DNA from: Nitrospirota bacterium | GTDB lineage: Bacteria > Nitrospirota > UBA9217 | Assembly: GCA_029858565.1 (NCBI GenBank) | Contig: JAOUEV010000078.1 | Coordinates: 1-13,005 of the forward strand | Reading direction: 5' to 3' | DNA length: 13,005 bases | Part shown: positions 4,736 to 12,307 of the stretch, one piece after another | Layout of the letters: each line of letters starts with the position of its first letter | Position numbering within the stretch: the stretch's first letter is position 1 | Translations under genes and position numbers: made by a program | The notes under the pieces: model-generated | Seen by the model: only the letters and a program-made list of their open reading frames with translations | What the model was told of the DNA's origin: nothing | Databases searched by the model: none

Positions 4736-7306
4736 ATGACACGTACCATTCTCCAGTTCACCCTCCAGGGCCGTCCGTTCGGCGTTTGGGAGAGCGACGT
4801 CGCGTCCGTTGTACGCGCGCATTCGCTTCACCATCTGCCGCTGACCCCGGCTTGTGTGGCCGGTATGGCCGTAATTGAGGACCGGGGGACGACCATCATT
4901 GACACCGGCGTCTGCGTCGGTCTTCAGCCGCAACGCGCTGACGTCAAAGCGTCGTTCCTGTTGATCGGCGACGGCAGCAAAAGAACGGGATATCGCGTCG
5001 AAGGTTCTGTTGAAACGGTTCCCTGTGAGGACGACCATATCCTGCCGCTGCCCGACCAGGTCAGGACCGAGATCCTGCGTTCCTGCGCTGTCCCGGACAG
5101 GACCATCATCCCGATCATAGAGATCAGACAATTGCAGGACCGCATCAGCAGAGGGATCATAGACGTTCCTGAACCTTCCGATAGCGGTGCACTTGAGAAG
5201 GTGCAGGCCGTCGACCAGAAGGCTGTTCGCGTTGTTTCCATCGCTGATGAGCGGCTGTGCGTTACCGGCACCGGTTCGGTTCTCGTGCCCGCGGGAGCAG
5301 GCGACCTTTGCGAAATACCAGGACCGGAAGGACGCCCGAACAGACTGCTCTTGCACAAAGGGAGGGTGGTACCGCTTCTGCCTGTTGCGGAACGCCTTGG
5401 CATGGAATCTTTTCGGAACTTTGCAGCGGTCCTGGTCATGGAGCTAGAAGGAAACTTTTATGGTCTGACTGTGGCCGCTGATCACGGACTTCTTGAAGAA
5501 GACGCTTTCACCATGAAGCCGCTGCCGCCGCTCGTTCAGGGCAGTTGCTTCCGAAATGCGGTCATCCACCAGGGGGAGGTTATACCGCTGATCGATCTCG
5601 CGGGGATCGTCACGGCCCGCTCCGGCACTGCTGACGAGCTGCCGCTTGCCGAGAGATATCGTCCTGCCCCATCGTTCCCGATGAAATTCCAAAAAGATGC
5701 CGTGAATATCACGGAAGTCGCCTTGTTCGGTGGAAAACATGGAATACCCCAGGATGAGGTGAGGGAGGTTCTGCCCTACTCGGCGCCGAGAAGAGTGCCC
5801 AATGCTCCCGCGATCGTTCTCGGCGTTATCGAGAGAAGCGGCAAGGTCCTCCCGGTGCTCGACCTTGCGGTGATCTTCGGAAGACGGTCGCCGGTTACTG
5901 ATACATGGAAGCTCGTTCACCTGGAAAACGGTGATTTCGAAGCGCTGGTGGCTGTTGAACAGATCCTGGGAGATAAACAGCTTTCCCTGGATGTTCAGAA
6001 GCAGGTGCCGATTGTTCTGCCCTATGACGTACTGTACGGCTGCTATCTTGACGAGAACGTAGTTCGCCTGATCGTGAACGTTCAGTCATTGACCGTCCAT
6101 TTTGAAGAGACCACGATCCGCGATTTCATGTCCACCATGAGCCCGGTTGTTGCTGAACCGCCGGTCATTATGCCCGCGACAGCGAATATCGGCCAGCCTC
6201 GTTCTGACGACAGGATGGACCGTGACACTGGAATATCATCACCGCCCGATACCCGTGAACAGCAGTCGTCTTACGAGCATCAGCCGGCACTGTATGCGTC
6301 GGGAAACAGAGAAATGCCGAAGGCCGCGCAGTCCTGGAGCGACCGCGTAGGGACAGGGCATCAGGCATATGAACAACCAGTATCGAAGGATAATCCACCA
6401 GTGCCGGAATCCGCACGATCCATTGATGATGAAAATGCGCGGATGCGGTCCGAAAAAGAACGTCTTGACGCGGAACAGGCTGCGCAGAGAGCAGAGGACG
6501 AACGGATAAAAGCGGAACAAGCCCGAGTTCAAGCCGAACGTGAGCGTCATGAAGCCGATGCAGCGCTGAAAGCTGAAGAGCAACGGCTGCAGCGGGAGCG
6601 GGTGCGGGAAGAAGAGGCTAGGCGGGCTCAAGAAGAGAAAGAGAGATTAGAGCGGGCCGCTGCGCAGGCAGAATCAGATCGAACCGAAAAGGCCCGATTG
6701 CAGGCTGAAGAAGAAAAAAGGTTCGAAGAGGAGCGGGTGAAACTGCGGGAAGCCCATGAATCCCGGGAACGGGAGCGGCGAAGGAAAGAACAAGAAATGG
6801 CAAGGGAATCGGCACCGGGACCGCGTTCTGCTGATGACCGCAGGATGCCCATCCCTGATGATCGACAGGAACAGGAATCATCCCGTCGAGCGGAATCCCC
6901 GCAAGTCCCTGGCAGGACCCATGCAGCCAGGAATATCATGGTGTCCCTGCTGGTCGCAGCAGTGCTGCTCCTTGTGTTCTTTTTCCCCGGGGCCGGCAAA
7001 AAGGACCGGGCTCCCGACGTTACTTCGAAGGCCAGGAGCACAGCGTCGAGCGATCACGCTGAGCATTCTGACAAGATCGGATCCGCACAAAAAGACCAGG
7101 AGCCGCCGCTGGTGCTTGCGGTGCCCAGGACCATGCCGGTTCCTGACCCGGCTGTTTATGTTGTTGCGAAAGGCGACACTCTCTGGAGCATAGCCAAACG
7201 CTTCACCGGGAACCCGCTGAACTACCCTCGTGTGGCAAAGGACAACAGTATTGCCACGCCAGACCTGATCTATCCCGGCCAGCGGATCAGGCTTAAAAAA
7301 GAATGA
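4736..7306 (+). CDS. Multi-CheW-domain membrane protein with C-terminal LysM (3x CheW-like, disordered linker, charged helical rod, TM, LysM)
   Basis: CheW-like repeats at aa ~1-133 (ILQFTLQGRPFGV...LPLTPACVAGMAVIEDRGTTIIDT), ~163-291 (HKGRVVPLLPVAERLG...QGEVIPLIDL) and ~324-453 (GIPQDEVREVL...RRVPNAPAIVLGVIERSGKVLPVLDLAVIFG). E/R/A-rich segment aa ~563-691. Hydrophobic IMVSLLVAAVLLLVFFF at aa ~734-750. LysM YVVAKGDTLWSIAKRF...PDLIYPGQRIRL at aa ~808-853. No N-terminal signal peptide. Confidence 0.85.
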   Translation: MTRTILQFTLQGRPFGVWESDVASVVRAHSLHHLPLTPACVAGMAVIEDRGTTIIDTGVCVGLQPQRADVKASFLLIGDGSKRTGYRVEGSVETVPCEDDHILPLPDQVRTEILRSCAVPDRTIIPIIEIRQLQDRISRGIIDVPEPSDSGALEKVQAVDQKAVRVVSIADERLCVTGTGSVLVPAGAGDLCEIPGPEGRPNRLLLHKGRVVPLLPVAERLGMESFRNFAAVLVMELEGNFYGLTVAADHGLLEEDAFTMKPLPPLVQGSCFRNAVIHQGEVIPLIDLAGIVTARSGTADELPLAERYRPAPSFPMKFQKDAVNITEVALFGGKHGIPQDEVREVLPYSAPRRVPNAPAIVLGVIERSGKVLPVLDLAVIFGRRSPVTDTWKLVHLENGDFEALVAVEQILGDKQLSLDVQKQVPIVLPYDVLYGCYLDENVVRLIVNVQSLTVHFEETTIRDFMSTMSPVVAEPPVIMPATANIGQPRSDDRMDRDTGISSPPDTREQQSSYEHQPALYASGNREMPKAAQSWSDRVGTGHQAYEQPVSKDNPPVPESARSIDDENARMRSEKERLDAEQAAQRAEDERIKAEQARVQAERERHEADAALKAEEQRLQRERVREEEARRAQEEKERLERAAAQAESDRTEKARLQAEEEKRFEEERVKLREAHESRERERRRKEQEMARESAPGPRSADDRRMPIPDDRQEQESSRRAESPQVPGRTHAARNIMVSLLVAAVLLLVFFFPGAGKKDRAPDVTSKARSTASSDHAEHSDKIGSAQKDQEPPLVLAVPRTMPVPDPAVYVVAKGDTLWSIAKRFTGNPLNYPRVAKDNSIATPDLIYPGQRIRLKKE

Positions 7307-7395
7307 CCTCTCATATCTGAATCGCTCAGATCCGAACTCAAGCGTTTCGGTTTCAACCTTTTCAAGAAGCCGGACCGTGCCACACTTGAAAATGA

Positions 7396-7424
7396 TCGGC
7401 CTGCCCGGTTCTCGGGCAGGCCGA
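7396..7424. terminator. Probable intrinsic terminator hairpin between convergent genes
   Basis: TCGGCCTGCCCG-GTTCT-CGGGCAGGCCGA is a perfect 12-bp stem. It is followed by TCATTTT on the minus strand and CACTGTCTTT on the plus strand. Confidence 0.65.
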
Positions 7425-7489
7425 CACTGTCTTTGCATGCCGGTCATGAACTCAGAAAGTGAAGCCTTCTTCACCGGTGCGGAAAGCGC

Positions 7490-8695
7490 TTACTGGGGCG
7501 CAGTCATCGGAGTTCCTCCCGGAGGACCGACGAGAAGTTCGAGTGAATTCGCTGTTGACGCGGCGACATCAACGGAAAAATCACCAAAGGTCTTTGACGA
7601 AAGTTCGTCTGACAGGACCTGGGCGCTGCCTTTGTAATCGACCGATATTTTTGCGACACCGTTCGAGAAGCTTCGTTCATGGATCTCTTTGATGCCGCGC
7701 ACCTGGTTCTTGAGCACGTCCTTGAACTTCACGAACTGGCTCTTGTTCAAACCGGTGACCGTGATATTGACCGACCTGGTGCCTCCGGTCTCCCTGGAGT
7801 ACATGGCCAGTATCTTCGTCGTCAGCTGATCTGCGGCGTTCGCTGCGGCTTTCTTGAGCGCTTCGTTCCCGGCCGTGAGGTCGTTCGAATGGACCGCCGG
7901 CGCGTTGGTCGATACCGAGGCCAGAACCTGGCCGGTGTCCGTGCGGACCGCTTTCAGCACAAGGTTCGCCTGGGCCGACTTGAGCGCGCCGATCGTGCTC
8001 TGGATCTTCGAGAACGCCTTGCCGACGATGACGACCTCGGCGCCTGCCTGATTCCCCAGGGTCTGCGCCTGGGATGACGACAGATCCGTGACGTTATAGG
8101 CAGCGGTCACCGAGATCCTGCCCGCGGAAGCGGCGTGGTCGATCATCTCGAATCCCTTTTCCGTGAACTTGTCCATAAGCACGCTCTCGACGATTGCCAT
8201 GTCGCTCTGCTGGGCATATGTCCCGCCGCGCCACCAGGCATAGAGCTCCTGGCCGATGTTCTGCTCGGCGACGAGGATCATGGTGCGGGGTTTGTGCATC
8301 TGACCGAGAAGTATGCCGACGGCGGACATGTCGTCGGTAAGTTTGCCCAGGGAGACCTCTGCGGTGATGACGACGCGCAGCAGGTTCCCTTCCACGATCT
8401 CGTTCGTTATGTTGTAGCGTTTGATGTATCCCTTGGTCTGGGAAAGGATCTTGTCGCTGATGACCTGGTAGTTCTCCACCTGGGTCTGCGAGTCGATGAG
8501 CGTTCCGATCGCCTGCTCCACAGCCCGTTGTTGGGCATCCTGGATTGCGGCATCGCGGGCGATGTCGCGCAGGTTGTTCTGGATCACGGCGACACCTTCG
8601 GCAGAAACTGTCTTGGATTCGTCCTGGGCGGCTGCGGGGAAGGCGGTCAACAACAGGGCAAACAGCAGGAGCAGATGTTTTTTGATCCCTGGCAT
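7490..8695 (-). CDS. Secreted protein with an FlgT N-terminal/LPP20-like domain followed by a TolB-N/CsgG-like alpha/beta domain
   Basis: Start MPGIKK (ATG 8695) after AAGGAGGA. Sec signal peptide KKHLLLLFALLLTAFPAAA-Q. VSAEGVAVI...ARDAAIQDAQQRAVEQAIGTLIDSQTQVENYQVISDKILSQTKGYIKRY...LRVVITAEV resembles FlgT_N. AGAEVVIVG...LKAVRTDTGQVLAS resembles CsgG/TolB-N-like domains. 401 aa. Domain calls are by recognition, not HMM. Confidence 0.75.
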   Translation of the reverse strand: MPGIKKHLLLLFALLLTAFPAAAQDESKTVSAEGVAVIQNNLRDIARDAAIQDAQQRAVEQAIGTLIDSQTQVENYQVISDKILSQTKGYIKRYNITNEIVEGNLLRVVITAEVSLGKLTDDMSAVGILLGQMHKPRTMILVAEQNIGQELYAWWRGGTYAQQSDMAIVESVLMDKFTEKGFEMIDHAASAGRISVTAAYNVTDLSSSQAQTLGNQAGAEVVIVGKAFSKIQSTIGALKSAQANLVLKAVRTDTGQVLASVSTNAPAVHSNDLTAGNEALKKAAANAADQLTTKILAMYSRETGGTRSVNITVTGLNKSQFVKFKDVLKNQVRGIKEIHERSFSNGVAKISVDYKGSAQVLSDELSSKTFGDFSVDVAASTANSLELLVGPPGGTPMTAPQ

Positions 8696-8746
8696 GGGAG
8701 TTCCTCCTTGGTTCGCGTGGAGATGCGAGCAGGTCCAACGTGAGCA

Positions 8747-8775
8747 ACTATACCAGAGTGCGGGAATGTGGTCAA
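8747..8775 (-). promoter_or_regulatory. Putative sigma70 promoter for the FlgT-like gene
   Basis: Minus strand TTGACC (8775-8770), 17-nt spacer, TATAGT (8752-8747) with TGn extension. Confidence 0.65.
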
Positions 8776-8795
8776 GGTACCAGTACCGTTCCCGG

Positions 8796-8815
8796 GAAAA
8801 TATCTGGATATTTTC
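8796..8815. promoter_or_regulatory. Perfect AT-rich inverted repeat, candidate operator
   Basis: GAAAATATC-TG-GATATTTTC (9-2-9), overlapping the predicted pdxJ -35 element. Confidence 0.45.
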
Positions 8816-8833
8816 AGTGCTCAATGATAGAAT
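8805..8833 (+). promoter_or_regulatory. Putative sigma70 promoter for the pdxJ cluster
   Basis: TGGATA (8805-8810), 17-nt spacer, TAGAAT (8828-8833) with TGn extension. Confidence 0.55.
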
Positions 8834-8866
8834 TCAGCCCATCTTCATTTTGCAAGGAGGATCACG

Positions 8867-9580
8867 GTGCCGAAGCTGTCCGTCAACATTGATCACATCG
8901 CTACTATCCGACAGGCGAGACGGGGGAACGAGCCCGACCCTGTGGCAGCGGCAACGCTTGCCGAGTTTGCTGGCGCCGCAGGGATCATCGCCCATCTGCG
9001 CGAGGACCGCAGGCATGTTCAGGACCGCGACCTTTTGCTGCTGCGCCAGACGGTGCGGACCAAACTGAACCTGGAGATGGCGGCCACCGCGGAAATGCAG
9101 CGCATCGCGCTGGATCTGCGGCCCGATATCGTTACGCTGGTGCCGGAGAAACGGGAAGAATTAACGACCGAAGGCGGACTGGATGTGGCTTCGCGGATGG
9201 AAGGACTGACCGCGTTCATCGCAACGCTCCAAAAATCAGGCATACCGGTCAGCCTGTTCATCGATCCTGTGGAAGGGCAGATAGAAGCAGCTAAAAAAGC
9301 AGGGGCCCAGTGGGTCGAGATCCATACGGGTTCATATGCGAACGCTGACAGGGAGTTCGAACGGGAGCACGAACTTCAAAAGGTCATTGCTGCGGCGACT
9401 ACCGCGGCCAAGCTTGGACTTCGCGTCGGCGCAGGACATGGATTGAACTATGTCAATGTCCAGGCGATCGCCTCGATCCCTGAGGTTGAGGAGCTCAATA
9501 TCGGCCACAGCATCATTTCCCGGGCGGCTCTTGTGGGCATGGATCGGGCTGTGCGGGATATGGTCGCTCTCGCGAAATAG
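8867..9580 (+). CDS. pdxJ: Pyridoxine 5'-phosphate synthase
   Basis: GTG start after AGGAGG. Motifs [57 protein letters not shown] and ELNIGH. 237 aa. Confidence 0.97.
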   Translation: MPKLSVNIDHIATIRQARRGNEPDPVAAATLAEFAGAAGIIAHLREDRRHVQDRDLLLLRQTVRTKLNLEMAATAEMQRIALDLRPDIVTLVPEKREELTTEGGLDVASRMEGLTAFIATLQKSGIPVSLFIDPVEGQIEAAKKAGAQWVEIHTGSYANADREFEREHELQKVIAAATTAAKLGLRVGAGHGLNYVNVQAIASIPEVEELNIGHSIISRAALVGMDRAVRDMVALAK

Positions 9581-9696
9581 TGCCGGTGAACATGCCTGAC
9601 CGCAGTTTGCGGTATAATTCAAATGCCGGTCGATGAATGACCTGCCACTCCAGTTAATGAACAGCGGCAATCCGTTGCAGGGCAGAAGGGGATATC

Positions 9697-10101
9697 ATGA
9701 TCGTCGGAATCGGAGTTGACCTTGTCAAGATCGAACGAATTGAAAAGGCCGGCAGCGGGCATCCGGGCTTTCTGGAGCGCGTTTTCACGCAGCGAGAGCG
9801 GGACTACTGCAATCGACAGAAATATCCCGCCCAGCATTATGCCGCACGGTTCGCTTCAAAAGAAGCGGTGCTCAAGGCCTTTGGCACCGGCCTGAGCGCT
9901 GGAATGAAATGGACCGATATCGAGGTGCTGCATGGAGAAGGCGGCGGTCCGATAGTGAATATTTCAGGGGCTGCCAAGGATCTTGCGGACCTGAAAGGCG
10001 TGAAGCAGATCATGCTGAGCTATTCACACGACGAGGGATATGCTGTTGCTCATGCGGTTCTCATCGGCGGAGGACATTTCGGAGTTATGGACAACGCGTA
10101 A
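9697..10101 (+). CDS. acpS: Holo-[acyl-carrier-protein] synthase
   Basis: Motifs MIVGIGVDLV, FLERVFT, AARFASKEAVLKAFGTG, WTDIEV and LSYSH. The pdxJ-acpS linkage is canonical. Confidence 0.96.
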   Translation: MIVGIGVDLVKIERIEKAGSGHPGFLERVFTQRERDYCNRQKYPAQHYAARFASKEAVLKAFGTGLSAGMKWTDIEVLHGEGGGPIVNISGAAKDLADLKGVKQIMLSYSHDEGYAVAHAVLIGGGHFGVMDNA

Positions 10102-10192
10102 TTCAACATCGCACCAGGAGAGCAAATTCAACGCCAAGGCAGGAAGGCTCGTCACGGGCGTACTCGTGACAGCTTACGATGGAAGTGTGCAT

Positions 10193-11748
10193 ATGAAGCT
10201 TGTTACGGCAAAAGAAATGACGAACATCGACCGAAGGGCGATCCGTGAGTTCGGCATCCCCGGAATGGTCCTCATGGAAAATGCCGCCGCAGCCGTCATG
10301 CAGGAGATGGAACGGCATTTTGAGGGACTCGCTGGAGTCAAGGTGGGTATCGTCTGCGGCAGGGGAACAACGGGGGCGACGGTCTGGCCCTGGCCCGGAG
10401 ACTCAGGAACCGCGGTTGGGCGGTACGCGTTGCGCTGCTCGCGCCTTTTGCCTCGCTCAAGGGCGAGGCAAAGCAGAACCTGTCCATCCTGCGGAAAACC
10501 GATGTGGAGATCCTGCCCAATGCATCGGCAACGGCCCTGGGAGAGGTCATTTCCTGGTCCGACATCCTGGTGGACGCTTTACTCGGCATCGGGTTGAGCA
10601 AACCGCTCAAGGGCAGCTACTCGCTGGCTGTCGAACTGATGAACCTTTGCGCCAAACCGGTCGTTGCCGTGGATATTCCGACCGGTATCGATGCTGACAC
10701 GGGACAGGTGCTGGGATCGGCGGTGCGCGCCTGCCTGACCGTAACCCTGGGACTGCCTAAACGGGGTCTCTATCTTTATCCCGGAGCTGACTTTGCGGGA
10801 AAGGTCGCTGTCGCAGATATAGGCATCCCCTCAGAGGTCATTGAAAAAGAGCGCGTAAGGACCAACGTCCTCGACAGTTCCCTGATGCAGGATGCCATGG
10901 ATCTCCGCGAACGGAACGGCCATAAAGGGGACTATGGTCATCTGATGGTGCTGGCGGGTTCCCTGGGCAAGGCCGGCGCGGCTGTCATGACGGCGCTAGG
11001 GGCACTCAGGAGCGGAGCCGGTCTTGTCACGGTTGCCGCGCCTGCTGGCATCGTACCCATCCTGCAGCAGCAGGTGTTCGAAGCCATGTGCATGCCTGCG
11101 GGAGAAAGCATTGACGGCACTCTCGGCATGGGGGCGGAAAACGAGATCCTGAAGGCATCTGCAGGGATGTCAGCAATGGCCGTCGGCCCGGGTCTGACGA
11201 CCCATGCCGAGACCGTGCAGGTGGTTAAAAACCTGCTCCGCAGGTTGCAGGTGCCGCTGGTGATCGACGCGGATGGATTGAACGCTCTCGCCGGTTCAGC
11301 GGATATCCTGAAAGGCACCAGGATGCCGGTGATCGTGACGCCTCATCCCGGAGAAATGGCGCGTCTTGCGGGAATTTCTTCCCGGGAGGTTCAGAACGAC
11401 CGGATCGGAACAGCAAGTTCCTTTGCGCTGAAGTACGGAGTGACCGTAGTGCTGAAAGGCGCCGGAACGATCGTTGCCACGCCCCAGGGCGATGTTTTTT
11501 TGAATACGACCGGTAATCCGGGCATGGCGACAGCGGGAACCGGAGACGTGCTGACCGGCATGATCGCGGGACTGCTCGCGCAGGGATATCACACCTTGGA
11601 AGCGGCCTGCATAGGGGTCCATGTTCACGGAGCAGCCGGGGATCTCGCCGCACGGGAAAAGGGCGAAGCCTCAATGATCGCCGGCGATCTGATCGGGAAG
11701 ATCCCGGCCGCGATCCGGAACATAACAGCTGCCGCAGGTGAAAACTAA
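10193..11748 (+). CDS. nnr: Bifunctional NAD(P)H-hydrate epimerase/dehydratase (YjeF/Nnr), interrupted by a 1-nt frameshift at ~10362-10367 (sequencing error or pseudogene)
   Basis: From ATG 10193 the frame reads MKLVTAKEMTNIDRRAI...LMENAA...IVCGRG. It continues in another frame from 10366 as NNGGDGLALARRL...VDALLGIG...AVDIPTG...HKGDYG...GAGLV...GPGL...VIDADGLN...TPHPGEMARL...VLKG...MATAGTGDVLTG. Adding one base restores the CGxGNNGGDG motif and a ~518-aa protein. Confidence 0.9.
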
Positions 11749-11848
11749 GAGCGCTTATTTCATCGGTGGGTCATCCGGTAAGGTATATTCGTTCCCCATT
11801 TAGCACGTACATAGTAAAAACGTTCCTACTCTCCTGTGAGGTGATCCC

Positions 11849-12307
11849 ATGCTGACCGCGAAAGATATCATGACCAAGGATGTAGTGTCTGTGACCGCGA
11901 CCACCTCTGTTGCTGAATTGGCGGGCCTGCTGGCGAAGAACCAGATCAGCGGCGCTCCGGTGATCGATGCGTCAGGTGCGCTTGTCGGCATCGTGACGGA
12001 AAATGACCTGATCAGCCAGAACAAACGGCTCCATATCCCCACGGTGGTGAGCTTTCTCGACGCGGCCATCTACCTCGAAAGTTCGAAGAAGTTCGCCGAG
12101 GAGGTCAAACGGGTGACCGCTACCCAGGTCGGGGATATCTGCGCAAAGAAGGTCGTCACGATAACCGAAGAAACCTCCATGACCGATATCGCGACGATCA
12201 TGGCGGAAAAGAAAGTGCATCTCCTTCCGGTGATCAGGTCCGGAAAGGTAGTTGGCGTCGTTGGAAAGCGGGACCTGGTCCGCGCTATCGCCGCGCAGGG
12301 AGCATGA
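11849..12307 (+). CDS. CBS domain pair (Bateman module) protein
   Basis: AKDIMTKDVVSV...ISGAPVID..G.LVGIVTENDL and VGDIC.KKVVTI...VHLLPVI..GKVVGVVGKRDL. GAGGTG Shine-Dalgarno. 152 aa. Confidence 0.92.
   Translation: MLTAKDIMTKDVVSVTATTSVAELAGLLAKNQISGAPVIDASGALVGIVTENDLISQNKRLHIPTVVSFLDAAIYLESSKKFAEEVKRVTATQVGDICAKKVVTITEETSMTDIATIMAEKKVHLLPVIRSGKVVGVVGKRDLVRAIAAQGA

Noticed and set aside
6422-6808. TolA, IF-2 or DNA tandem-repeat call for the charged segment
   Set aside because: The similarity is compositional only. There are no exact nucleotide repeats, and the flanking domains are CheW and TM-LysM.
10360-10372. Programmed -1 ribosomal frameshift in nnr
   Set aside because: There is no canonical X XXY YYZ slippery heptamer in the correct phase, and I know of no recoding in this family. 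A simple indel is more parsimonious.
10040-10597. 185-aa ORF treated as a separate gene, with 10504-11748 as an independent dehydratase
   Set aside because: Only 10193-10365 is YjeF-like. The homology continues in the other frame from 10366, so these are two halves of one frameshifted nnr.
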